DNA of 64,000 nucleotides, taken from the NCBI RefSeq assembly GCF_009914755.1, contig NC_060926.1; one strand, written 5' to 3'. The notes under the pieces are model-generated. The model was not told where the DNA came from. It did not search any database and was given only the letters and a program-made list of their open reading frames with translations. Position numbers and translations under genes: made by a program. Position 1 is the stretch's first letter; every line of letters begins with the position of its first letter. The stretch comes from the human T2T-CHM13v2.0 reference genome, Homo sapiens. Below, in pieces: positions 1 through 16,002 of this stretch.

Positions 1-608
1 AAAAGAATTATTAGTTTATGTTATAGAGTAAACAACTTGTAACAAAGTAGTTTTGTGACATTAAAAACCAAAAAGGGTGTAGAGAAAGGCATGAAGGAGC
101 AGAGTTTTTGTGTGTTACTGAAAATTAACCAGGTGTAAATCCAAATTATAGCCTTATAACTTTAGGATATTTAAATGTAATCCCCATGATAACTGCAAAG
201 AAAATAGCTATAGAATATACACAAATGAAAGAGAGAGAAAAAAATATTTCACTACAAAAACAATCACCCAAACATGAAAAAGACAGTCATCCAGGAAATG
301 AGGGACAAAAAAAGCTGTATGGTATAAAAAACGACTGGCAAAATAACAGAAGACCCTCTGTATTAGTAATTTTAATGCAAATGGATCAAACTTCCAATCA
401 AAAGACATATTAACAGAATAGATAAAAACTGACTCAACTATATGCTGTAAGAGATTTACTATAGAGCCAAAGACTCTAATAGATTAAAAATGAAAAGATG
501 AAAAAGAAGATATTCCATGCAAATAGTAACCAAAATAACAGGTATGGTAATACTAATATTCAGAAAAAAGACAGACTTTAAATTTAAAAAGGTTACAAGA
601 GATAAAAA
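1..608 (+). mobile_element. Old L1M fragment (inter-ORF region and start of ORF2 endonuclease), left part
   Basis: Degenerate L1 EN-domain text (aatggatcaaacttccaatcaaaagac...gactcaactatatgctg...tattccatgcaaatagtaaccaaa...acagactttaaa). It continues in register at about 14320. Confidence 0.75.
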
Positions 609-2090
609 AAAGAATATAAGTACAATCAGAAGTGATAACAGTGAAATTGCAACTGATAAGAAATATAAAAGATCATCAGAGATTACTATGAACATATATA
701 CACACATAAACCAGAAAACCTTGAGGAAATATATTAATTCCTATACGTCCTCCCAAGATTGAGCCAGGAAGAAATAGAAATCCTGAACAGACCAATAAAG
801 AGTACTGAAATTGAATCAGTAATAAAAAAATCTTCGAACAACAACAACAACAACAAAAAAGCCCAGGACCAGATGAACTCATGGACTACTTTTATCAGAT
901 ATACAAAGGAGAGCTGGTACCAAACTTAGTGAAACTATTCCAAAAAAAAAAAAAAAAAAATCAAGTTGGAAGGATTCCTCCCTAATTCATTCTACAAAAC
1001 CAGTATCATCCTGATACCAAAATCATGCAAAGACACAACAAATATTCCTAATAATACAGGCCAGTATTCCTAATAAATACAGATGTAAATATCCCCAACA
1101 AAATATTAGCAAACCAAATCTAACAACATATTAAAAAGGTAACTCACGATTAAGTGGGCTTTATTCCAGGGATACAAGGATGGTTCAACATTCACAAATC
1201 AATAATTGTGATTCACCACATAAACAGAATTAAAAACAAAAACCATATGATCATCTCAGTAGATGCAAAAAAAAAAAAAAGCATTTGATAAAATCCAGCA
1301 TCCCTTCATGATAAAAACCCTTGGCAAACTATGCATTGAGGGAACATACCTCAAAATAAAAACGGCCATCTATGACAAGCCCACAGCAAACATCATACTG
1401 AATGGAGAAAATTTGCAAGCATTCCCCCTTAAAACAGGAACAAGACAAGGATTTCCACTCTCAGCACTACTATTCAACATAATACTGGGAAGTCCTAGCT
1501 GCAGCAATCAGGCAAGAGAAAGAAATAAAACGTATCCAACTAGGAAAAGAGTAGTCAAACTATCTCTATTCACTGATTACATGATCTTATACCAAGAAAA
1601 TCCTAAAGACTCCTCCAACAGACTTCTAGACTTGAAAAATGACTTCAGTAAATTTCCAAATACAAAATCAACATACAGAAATCAGTAGCATTTCTATAAA
1701 CCAATAACATTCAAGCTGAGAGTCAAATCAGGAACTCAATCCCATTTACAGCAGCCATAAAAATTAAAATACCTAGTAGTATATTTAACCAAGGATGTGA
1801 AAGATCTCTACAAGGAGAACCACAAATGCTGATAAAAGAAATCACAGATGATACAAAAAAATGGGAAAACATTCCATGCTCATGGATTTGAAAAATCAGT
1901 ATTGTTAAAATGACCACACAGCCCAAAGCAATCTACAGATTCAATGCAATTCCTATCAAAGTACCAATGTCATTTCACAAAATTAGAAAAAACAATCCTA
2001 AAGTTCTTATCGAATCAAAAAAGAGCCCAAATAGCCAAAGCAATCCTAAGGAAAAAGAATGAAGCTGAAAGCATCACATTATCTGAATGC

Positions 2091-2501
2091 TGTTGTTCTG
2101 GATGCCTACTGACTCCAATAAGGATGGCACCATGTCTGAGAGGCTGAAGAAGAGACCCGGAGCCAGCAAACGAGGCACAGCATTTAGTGAGGAACTTACA
2201 TAAAAGGATGGTCCAGAGGTGGTGAGTTGGACAGGAGAACTGTTACCGCTTGTAAAAAGCATGTGGTTTATATAGCATTTTCACTTAACAACCTCCACTT
2301 GGCCAAAATAATCCCCGGTACAGCCTGCATTCCAAGGGGTGGGCTGGGGGTTCAGATGTCCTCCGTAAATATGGAATAGATCCTCAGGTTCGTCACTCTT
2401 GGATTCCTTAGCTTAGGACTCCAGACACACATTCTTGTAAGACAACAGGATCATTCTCAGGGTATACTTAAGTTATTGCTGTCAGGTGCATGTGCCATAC
2501 A
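2091..2501 (-). mobile_element. 3' LTR of an ERVL-class provirus (LTR47/LTR32-like)
   Basis: TG...CA termini (minus strand TGTATGGCACATGCACCTGACAGCAATAACTTAAG...AACAACA). A polypurine tract AGGGTGGAG lies immediately upstream on the minus strand, followed by env/pol remnants. Family name is from recall. Confidence 0.75.
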
Positions 2502-3360
2502 CTCCACCCTAACATACTCTTGAATGGCCCTCTCATTCTTATCATGCCATTTCCTCTATCATTCTCCTACAGTCAGGTATGTGGAGGAGCATTTCAGCCA
2601 GATGCTACAGCAGCAATACAAACTACAACAACAAAAAAGAATAACAAATATAATGACAATCTCACTGGATAGAAAGTTCTACCAAGTGCTTGGGAGTTGA
2701 TTTAACCATGTTGTTATAGGGGTGTAAGACAGAGATTCTATAGTGTTATTATAATATACACTATAGAATATAATGCACAGGGTAGACCTAAATACTGGTA
2801 TTTAGGACCCGCATGGCCTAGTTACACTGTGAGAGTAATCAGGGATATATACACAACATTCAGTTTTAACTAATGCACAGGTTCTACCCAGGGCAGCAGT
2901 TAAGATGTCCATGCCATTTTGCAAAGTAATGTGTCTGATTTGGGTGGTCTCTACAGTAAGAAGAAGAATAGCATGATTGGTATCATTAATGGCTGCAGCC
3001 ATATGTTTAGCCTCAACTTGCAACTCTATCTATATCTGTTGTTGCCACTTGGGGAGAAAAAATGGCCAAAGGGTAAAACCTCCAGAATGCATGCTTCTGG
3101 CAGTACCTGACTTTTACACTCTCCCAGTGAATAGGAATGCATGGTATCTAAACGGGACACAACGCATACTGACAAGGATGCCACCAGGTGCATATACCAG
3201 TCCAATTAGAGGGTAAGTAAGGCCAGCTGTGGGTGTCACGGCCCATAACAATCCCCAAGGGGAGGGATAGGCCCCCATGTGGAGAGAGTTATACTGCCAC
3301 CCAGCCACATATCTTTGGTTATTTGAAGGGATCGGTTACATTGCTGTGGGGATAGCCATC
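2502..3360 (-). pseudogene. Degraded retroviral env (SU end and TM) of the ERVL-class provirus
   Basis: ORF 2802-3023(-) has a heptad region, an immunosuppressive-domain-like LQNGMDILTAALGRTC and the CX6CC motif CALVKTECC, typical of gamma-type TM. A hydrophobic membrane anchor lies near 2600-2670. Confidence 0.85.
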
Positions 3361-3776
3361 TGTGATGGTTAATATTGTCAACTTGATTGGATTGACGTAT
3401 GCAAAGTATTGTTTCTGGGTGTCGCCAGAAGAGATTAACATTTGAATCAGTGGACTGGGAGAGGAAGAACCACCTTCAGGAAGACCCACCCACAATGTGG
3501 GTGGGCATTATCCCATTGGCTGCCAGCATGGCTAGAAAAGCAAGCAGAAGAAGGTGGAAGAAGCTGACTTGCTGAGTCTTCTTGCCTTTATCTTTCTCCC
3601 ATGCTGGATGCTTCCTGCTCTCAAGACTCCAAGTTCTTCAGCTTTTGGACTCTTGGACTTACATCAGTGGTTTGCCAGGGGCTCTCGGGCCTTCAGCCAC
3701 AGCTGTGAGGCCACAATGTTGACTTCCTTACTTTTGAGGTTTTGGGACTTGGGCTGAGCCATTACTGGGTTCCTTG
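3361..3776 (+). mobile_element. MLT2A-type (HERV-L) LTR, 3'-truncated
   Basis: Starts TGTGATGGTTAATATTGTCAACTTGATTGGATTG and contains gagattaacatttgaatcagtggactgggagagg...cccacaatgtgggtgggc...catgctggatgcttcctgc, as in MLT2A. It ends abruptly before the polyA/U5 part. Confidence 0.85.
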
Positions 3777-4811
3777 GCAGCCATTACATAGAGGCAAAGG
3801 TCCTATGTAGTCTACCTGCCACTGTTGCACTTGGCTGCAGCCCTGGCCTATCTGTTCAGTATTGTGTGGAAAGGGCCTGAGGTGTTGCTGTGCACAGGTA
3901 GGACATTGCTGATAGATGAGTACTATATCTTTATATCATAGTGGTAGTCCTCAATTTTCACTATGTCCCAAAAGGTATGTGGTCCCCAATGTCCTGTCTT
4001 TTTATGTAGCCAGTAAGCCACATCTTTTGTGGGCACTTCCTTGAGGAGGAGAATGTAGGCTAGGCTTGTCTACCTGTTGATTTCCAGGTGGTGTAGATGC
4101 AATGTGGGCATCCACATGGTAGACTGTTACATGCATCCTCTGGATGCATGGAGAACGTCATTCCACACGTCAGCACCTGAAAGGGCACAGGCTGCTATTG
4201 ACCAATCCTGTGTTTTCCACCATAGTAGCCACATTGTGAGTCCCTTAAAGACAGCCTAGCTGTCAGTGCATAGGACTACTGGGTCCAGCTTATGAAGGAG
4301 GACCATCCAAGCTGCCTACAGCTCAGCCCATTGGCTACTATGCCCTTCACCTGTATCAAACCAGATACTATCAGTGGATGGCTGAGTGGCCACAACTGTC
4401 TAGTTGCAAGGATTGCATCGTGATGAGCCATCTGTGTACCAGGCCTGGTTAGGAATTGGACCCTGTCCCTACTGTAAAAAGGAAGGGATTTGTGGAGGCT
4501 CAGCATCCTCCACTGAAGACTGTCCTTCAGTTGTAACATAAGTGACAGGTCCAAGCATCAAATGGAGCTCTGCAATCAAGGGGCTATTAGTTCATGTGCT
4601 CCTCTGTTGAAGGCAGGCTTCACATTTGGCCAGTCTGGGCATTCATAGACTTTGGTTTCTGGAAGGTACCCTTCAGCCAACCTGCTGTGAGGTACGGGGT
4701 GCATACGAGCCTCGAGACCCTCTTTGTAATGTCCTCAACTTGTAAGGCATAATATGTAGCACAAAGTTGTTGCTCTGCGACATTACATTCAACTCCAGTC
4801 CCCTTCCATAG
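3777..4811 (-). pseudogene. ERVL-class pol remnant (RNase H to integrase N-terminal half)
   Basis: Minus strand near 3785-3835 translates QQWQVDYIGPLPLCNG (integrase core, first Asp); RNase H-like text follows toward 4811. Multiple stops and frameshifts. Confidence 0.8.
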
Positions 4812-5852
4812 TGATGCAGGAGTTAAGAAGAAATCCCTTAGGCAGATAGCAAGGACATGGGAGTCCTTGGAAAGGCTTTTCTGTTTAATAAAAAGCAGCC
4901 CCGATCATTTTCTAACAAAGAACAGCCTGCAAGCTGGGAGCTTGCATGGATGAATGCCGGCAGGAACTAAGGACTGGACATTTTTAAGATGGCGGCTCCA
5001 TCTTCCCTTCTCTGCCAGCCACGTGTGCTGTAAGGAGCAGATAAGATGGCACTGATCAACTGGAAAGCCCTGGGACAACTAGCCTTCCCTGCTTGCTATG
5101 TAAACATCATACCTGATGGAACCAATCTATGAGCCCTATATAAATCAGACACCACCTCCTCAAACTGGACTATAAACTTGGCCAGCTGGCCCTTTCCTCT
5201 AGGAGACCTCTTCCTCTACGGAGGAAGCTGTTGCTCTTTCTCTTCTCTTCTACCTATTAAACCTCTGTTCCTAAACTCCTCATGTGTGTCTGTGCCCTAA
5301 ATTTTCCTGGTGCATGACAATGAACCCCAGGGTTTATAACCCAGACAATGTAGCCACTTCATAATGGGAACCTTGTCTAGGATACCAAGTACAACATTCA
5401 TCAAAATGGTGAGTAGAGGGGAGCGAACTCCAACTCTGTCCTTTCCTTCTGAGGCTCTCAGCCTCCATTTTAGACCTTTCATGGAGGACTTAGTTGTTGC
5501 ACGGGACTGAAAGAAGTCCTAGGGCAAATGAATATTTCTTCTGGCCAGAGCTCCCACCTGGTATTATTCAAAGGCTTCTGGACTGACCCCAGCCTCTGAC
5601 TGCCCTGATGGGGTGTCAGCAACAGGATCCCCAACTTTCCTATCATAATTTCCTCCTTTCCTGTTTGCAACTATCATATCTCTTATCCTGTGTATGAAAT
5701 ATATGTGGGAAGTTTTACAGTTCAGGTAAGTAATATTGTTTGGCAATATCAGAGAATGTCTAGTAACTGGGGATATAGCCCAAGGGAAGATGTCTTTGTG
5801 ATTTTCTAGGAACAGAGGGTTCCCCCCACCACAGTGACTGTCTCTCTCTTAG

Positions 5853-6140
5853 CCTTTGGTCTGAAGAGCACATGTCATTTCCAGGTCTCTGCCCTTGGTC
5901 TGGAGAGTACATGGCATTTCCAGGTCTCTCTGTCCTTGGTCTAGAGAGTACGTGGCATTTCCAGGTCTCTCTCTGCCTTTGGTCTGGAGAGCATGTGGCA
6001 TTTCCAGGTCTCTCTCTGTCCTTGGTCTGTAGAGCACATGGCATTTCCAGGTCTCTATCTGCCCTTGGTCTGAAGAGCACATGGCATGTCAAGGTCACTC
6101 TGCCCTTGGTCTAGAGAGCACATGGTGTTTCAAGGTCAAC
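5853..6140 (+). repeat. Minisatellite, ~7 copies of a 39-44-bp unit (CCTTGGTCTGGAGAGCACATGGCATTTCCAGGTCTCTCTG) in the proviral leader
   Basis: Direct tandem copies are visible, with length varying in the (CT)n part. They explain the repetitive ORFs at 5760-6114. Confidence 0.95.
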
Positions 6141-6877
6141 AGTGCCACCTAGTGGAACAGGGATCCATGAGGCACATTGTTGGTCCTTCAACAAAATACC
6201 CTAGCCTCTCAATTATCTTCCCTTTTTGAGCCTCTCTACTGGAAACCAGGCTTTCTGCTGCTTTGGTAAACGGGAAAATTCTGCCTTCAACAATTGCATT
6301 AAAATATCCTCCAAAGCCAAATTTTAGTCTTGATACTGTCCCATCAGCAGGAAAATGCCCATTCAGTCTCTACGTTCTTTTAAGGTACCTGTTCTGCCTC
6401 CAATTAGAGTGGCACTTAATTAGTAAGGGGATTTTAAGTTCAGAAGTTAGCCTGAACCATTCTCTATGGGTAAACGCTTCAGCACAGGCCATAATAGCAG
6501 GATATAAAGTTCAATCTAGCATACCCCCTCCATTAAAGTGGCCTTCTTCAACTATTATGTAGTTTTTCTGGAGATCCATTTTTCAGGGAGCCAGGCAGGT
6601 CACACAAATCTAGGAAGTCAAAGGGAAATCACAGGCAGAGAACTAGAGCCACTTGGGTAAGCATGACTAATCCCAATCTCTTAGTTCCTCTGGTTCCATG
6701 GCTGGGGGTCACGCCAGCAACCATGAGCAGCATGTTCAACAAGGTGTCAGGACCCAGGAACTATAGAGGGAAAACAGCAAGGGGACACCCCCACTGTCTT
6801 CCTCTCCACACTGAGTCACACCAAAAGGAAGGAGACAAAGGGATGCCTTTTTTTTTTTTTTCCACTTTTCTTTCTAG

Positions 6878-7470
6878 ATGGGTACTATCTGAAACCTGCA
6901 CTCCCTTGGAGTGCATTCTGAAGCACTGGGACTTCTTTCACCCTGAGACTTGAAAGAAAAAGCAGCTCATTTTCTTTTGCACAAGGGCATGGCCTTTTTA
7001 CTAGATCTTTGCAAGTGTTACAAAATCAACCTAGTGCTTTTAGCAATCATATCGGGCAGACCCAAAAAGAATATTTCTCCAAAATTAGAGAAGCAACTTC
7101 GAAGGGAACCACCTCATGATCCCCCTCATTTGGGGCCCCTTCAAGTTCCCTTGTCATTACAGGACCTTAGGCAAATAAAGGGAGACTTAGGTCAATTTTC
7201 TAACGACTCTGATAGGTATATAGAAGCTTTCCAAAATTTAACTCATGTATTTGACCTCTCATAGAAGGATGTTAGGCTGCTCCTAAGCCAAACCCTAACC
7301 ACAGCTGAGAAGCAGGCAGCTCTGCAAGCATCAGAGAATATCAAAGATGAGCAATATGTCTCCTATAGTGGGCCAAAAGAGAAAAGAGAAAATAGAAAAG
7401 GGGAAGAAATACAGCAAATACCATTCCCAGTAGGATAGGAAATACCTGTTCACAATCTTAATTGAAACTA
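6878..7470 (+). pseudogene. Degraded gag (MA/CA) of the MER61-type provirus, HERV-W/HERV9-related
   Basis: ATG at 6878. Peptides PLECILKHWDFFHPET and PLSLQDLRQIKGDLGQFSNDSDRYIEAFQNL align by eye with the HERV9 gag at 29042-29900. Frameshifted. Confidence 0.85.
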
Positions 7471-8104
7471 CCAGACTTTTCTATGGTGTTTTTCCTTCTT
7501 TCATGGTTTAAAATGGCTTCTCTTTTATAATGTTCTTCCAACTTTGGAAAAATTAATTTCCCAACCATTAAAATGCTTGGCTTAGAGTTGAGCTAGGAGG
7601 AAGGGAACCCAGAAGCCTGACATGCCAACAAAAGGGTAAAAATTTCTTACCAGTTGGGCTTTTGGCTTCTCTCTCCCTGTGCAAATTGGTAAAAGGGATA
7701 AATAAGGATAATTGCTAATATTCTCTGTAAAGTTTTAATGAAAAAGGATTTGTGAGGTTGGTGTCAAGCTGTAGACACTCTGGTGTGCTTTATGTGTCTT
7801 TCTGTATGGTTCTGTCAGAAGAAAGGGTACTTTAGGTTAAGATGTAGACCCAGGACCCCATACGACTGCTGTTCAAGCCAGCCCAACAAAATGATCAGTA
7901 ACAAACTTGGCTACAGGCCTCCATCTTGTTTCATGTCCTTGGGAACATGACCTGTAAACACATGGCAATATTTTGTTTTAGTCTCTGCCATTTTACAATG
8001 GTGACTATCTTCTTGTGCTAAGTCAGTTCCTGGGTGAGGGCCACAAAATCAGAAGCCAGTTTTCTGAGTGGGGTCAGGGTATATACCCCAAAGTAGCCAC
8101 TTCA

Positions 8105-8835
8105 ATAGATGGTACCAGAATCCTAAAGGCACATGTATATGTCCGTGTGTTTCCTACAGGCCCCACCCAAGCCCCTCAGAGTAACTGGCTACCTCCAATT
8201 TACAAGGCTATCCCTGCACTATAACTTCCAAGGCCTGCATTTATTTCACTGCGATTTTAGCTTGTTCAAGGCCACATCCTCCTTTGTGGACCAGTTCCAG
8301 TGGCCCTCCTTCTTGACTAAGCCATCTAGGGGCCTAAGGAGTTGTACCAAATGGGGAAATAAAAGGACATCAATACCCTAGAAGGCCTAAGAAGGTTTGC
8401 AGCTGCTCTGGTGTGGTAGGACGTGGGTTGGCCTTTACCTTATTCTATAATGGTAGACTGAATAAATTTAGTCTCACCCCACTAGATGACACCCAGGTAT
8501 TTGACTGATACGCCTGGACCCTGGACTTTGCATTGACCACCCATTGTACCTCTGTAGGTCAAGTAAGACAGCAAGGTTGGGGCTGCAGTTTCTAAGCTAG
8601 AAAAAGACTCAGAAGTTAGCATGATATCATCAGTATAATGGAAAACACATACCCCTCTGGAGTGGTCCACTGACTGAGGTTGGAGGCCTTTTGGCCACAA
8701 CAGACAGTGGGGCTAAGTAAAAATACCAGGGGCAACACGGTAAAGATTCACCGTTCTCTTTTCCCAGATGAATGCATATTGGTCTTGGCTCTCTGGGGCA
8801 ATGGGAATGCTAAAGAAGGCCTTGGTAAACAACCC
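8105..8835 (-). pseudogene. ERVL-class reverse transcriptase remnant
   Basis: Minus strand gives KAFFSIPIAPESQDQYAFIW...FTVLP, then HYTDDIMLT (YxDD) and GPGVSVKYLGVI, which are class III/ERV-L-type RT motifs. It rejoins 4811 across the ATAG TSD. Confidence 0.85.
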
Positions 8836-9338
8836 AGCAAGAGAAAAGAACAAACAATCCCATTAAAAGTGGGCAAAAGAGATAGACATTTCTCAAAAGA
8901 AAACATATAAGCAGTCAATAAACATATGAAAAAATGCTCAACATCACTAATTATCAGAGAAATTAAAATTAAAACCACACTGACATTTCATCTTACATGA
9001 CTCAGAATGGCTATTAGTAAAAAGTCAAAAAAAAAAAAAAAAAACAGATGTAGGCAGGGATGTGGAGTAAAGGGAGCCCTTGTACACTGTTGGTGGGAAT
9101 GTGAATTAGTACTACTTCTATAAAAAACAGTATAGATGTTTTACAAAGAACTAAAAATAAAACTACCATTCAACCCAGCAATCCCACAACTGGGCATCTA
9201 CCCAAAGGAAAATAAATTATTATATAAAAAAGACACTTGCACTCATATGTTTATTGCAGTATTATTCACAATAGTAAAGTCATGGAATCAACTGAAGTCT
9301 TCATCAATGGTTGATTGTATAAAGAAAATGTGACATAT

Positions 9339-13949
<4,611 letters not shown>

Positions 13950-14319
13950 AAAGAAAATGTGGTAAATATACATCATGAAATACTGTTCAGCCATAAAAAA
14001 GAATGACATCATGTCCTTTGCAGCAACATGGATGGAGTTTGAGAACATTATCCTAGTTGTAGTAACTGAGGTAATCAAACACCACATATTCTCTCTTATA
14101 AGTGTGAGCTAAATATTGGGTACACATGGACATAAAGATGGAAATAACAGACACTGGGGACTCCAAAGTTGGTAGAGGAGTAAGGGTTAGAAATTTACCT
14201 ATTGGATACAATGTTTATTATTTGGATAAGGGGTACACCACAAGCCCAATCCTCACCATTACTCAGTGTATCCATGTGACAAACCTGTCCATGTACTTCT
14301 GAATGTAAAACTAAAAAAA

Positions 14320-14980
14320 GTTAAAAGATGGCATATACTGATGCAAATTTAAATACAGCAAGAAAAATAACAATAATTAACATTTATGTACCTAATACCG
14401 TATCATCAAATATATGAAGCAAAAACTGACAGGAGGGGTACGGTGGTGCATGCCTGTAATCCCAGCTACTTGGGAGGCTGATGTGGCAGGATTGCATAAA
14501 CCAAAGGGTTCAAGTCCAGTCTGAGCAACATAGTGAGACCCTGTCTCTTAAAATAAACCAAACAGAATTGAAGTGAGAAATAGTCTACAATAGTAGTTGG
14601 AGACTTCAATACCGTACTCTTAATAATTGCTAGAAAACCAGACAGAAGGAAACAGAAGTCTTAAACAACACAATAAATCAACTAGTTGTACAAATACAAA
14701 ATATTCTTCCCCAAAACATACACATTATTCTCATGTCTATATAAGACATTTTCTAGGATAAACTAAGTTTCAATAGATTTAAAACGATAGACATCAAAGT
14801 ATCTTCTCCCATCACAATGGGATGAAGTTACAAATCAATAACAGAATTAAAACAAAAAAAAACCCCAGTTTCTGGAAATCATGTAAATAACACACTCAGA
14901 CAACTAATGGATTAAAAAAGAAACCACAAGGGAAATTAGAAAATTTCCCTTAGAGACAAATAAAAATGAAAACACAGAGT
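14320..14980 (+). mobile_element. Old L1M endonuclease region, continuation of 1-608, with a FLAM-type Alu monomer at ~14431-14556
   Basis: aatacagcaagaaaaataacaataattaacatttatgtacctaata...gttggagacttcaatacc continues the EN domain. The monomer reads ...gcctgtaatcccagctacttgggagg...gcaacatagtgagaccctgtctc. Confidence 0.75.
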
Positions 14981-15179
14981 ATGTACTCTGAAACTAGGCT
15001 GCCTTGATTCAATTCCAATCTTTCAGGTAGAGACTACTTGTTTTTAAACACCCAAATATCAATAGCTACCTAAATTCCAGCATTGTTAATCTGACAAATG
15101 TATAAACAATGTAAAGTGAAATACTACCTAAATATTTGAAAAGTGAGTAATATAAAATATATACTAGAACTGTAGTTCT

Positions 15180-15355
15180 TAAGTCATTACAATATGCCAG
15201 GCACTTCATATATATTATTAATTCATTTGATACTTAAAGCACACTAGGGATTTATGCATTATCATCACCACAGGTAATAAAATGAAAGCAAGCAAAGTTA
15301 GGTAAATTATACAAAATTATGCAGCTAATAACTGAGAGAGCTTGGAGTTGAATCA
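15180..15355 (-). mobile_element. MIR fragment
   Basis: tatgccaggcact...aattcattt...aaagttaggtaaattatacaaaattatgcagctaataa resembles the reverse-complement MIR core. Confidence 0.6.
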
Positions 15356-15514
15356 ACAGGCCTTAAATATAAGAAAATTACTATGAGGTTGCTGGACCTG
15401 AGGAAATGGGCCTGAAAGAACCCACCTCTTTGTTTACTTCACACTTGTACCTAGGAGCCTTGTCTCGTTTCAGTTTATTATCTACAATGCAGCCTTAAGT
15501 GATCATACTCTAAA

Positions 15515-16002
15515 CAAGGAATCAGCAAACTGTGACCTGCCATCCAAGTCTAACCCAAGCTAAGAATGGTTTTTGGAAAAAAAAAAATCACAGGAACAAT
15601 TTTATGTGACATCAAATTTCAGTGTCCATATATGAACTTTTATTGGAACACAGCCAAACTTATTTCTGTATTTATTGACTATGCCTGCTTTTGCTCTATA
15701 ATGGCAGAATTAAGTAGATGCAACAGAGCCCGTATGGCTTGTAAAAAGTCTAAAATATTTGCAAAACTAAGCCAAGCATGGTGGCACATGCCTGTAGTCT
15801 TAGCTCCTTTGGAGGCTAAGATAGGAGGATTGCTTGAGCCCAGGAGTTCAAGGTTATAGTGAGCTATGATCACACCACTGCATTCCAACCTAAGTGAAAA
15901 ACCAAGACCCTGTCTCAATCAATGAATGAATCAATAAAGCAAGCAAGCAAGCAAGCCTAAACTATTTGCTACCTGGCCCTTTAGAGGAAAAGTTTCCTAG
16001 CC
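15515..16002. mobile_element. MER58-type hAT-Charlie DNA transposon interrupted by a FRAM/AluJ right monomer (+, ~15770-15953)
   Basis: caaggaatcagcaaact...ttttattggaacacagcca...gcagaattaagtagatgcaacagag...tggccctttagaggaaaagttt. The monomer is flanked by the degenerate TSD aagtctaaaatatttgc / aagcctaaactatttgc. Confidence 0.8.

Larger units (their letters stand above)
4812..8104 (+). mobile_element. MER61-type ERV1 provirus (full 5' LTR 4812-5361, partial internal region, 3' LTR reduced to a ~30-bp stub)
   Basis: LTR starts TGATGCAGGAGTTAAGAAGAAATCCCTTAGGCAGATAG and ends GTAGCCACTTCA. A degenerate tRNA-Pro-like PBS (tgggaaccttgtctaggat) follows. The same LTR terminus recurs at ~8075-8104. 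The 4-bp TSD ATAG is at 4808-4811 and 8105-8108. Confidence 0.85.

Noticed and set aside
2802-3023. Syncytin-like co-opted env
   Set aside because: Only a 73-codon fragment without a true start or signal peptide; SU is largely deleted and the ISD has a deletion.
4920-4995. p53 response element known from MER61 LTRs
   Set aside because: The expected CATG core reads ggacattttt here; no clear paired RRRCWWGYYY site.
5853-6140. CRISPR-like array (regular ~41-bp repeats)
   Set aside because: The units are contiguous with no unique spacers, there are no cas genes, and the context is a primate ERV leader. It is a minisatellite.
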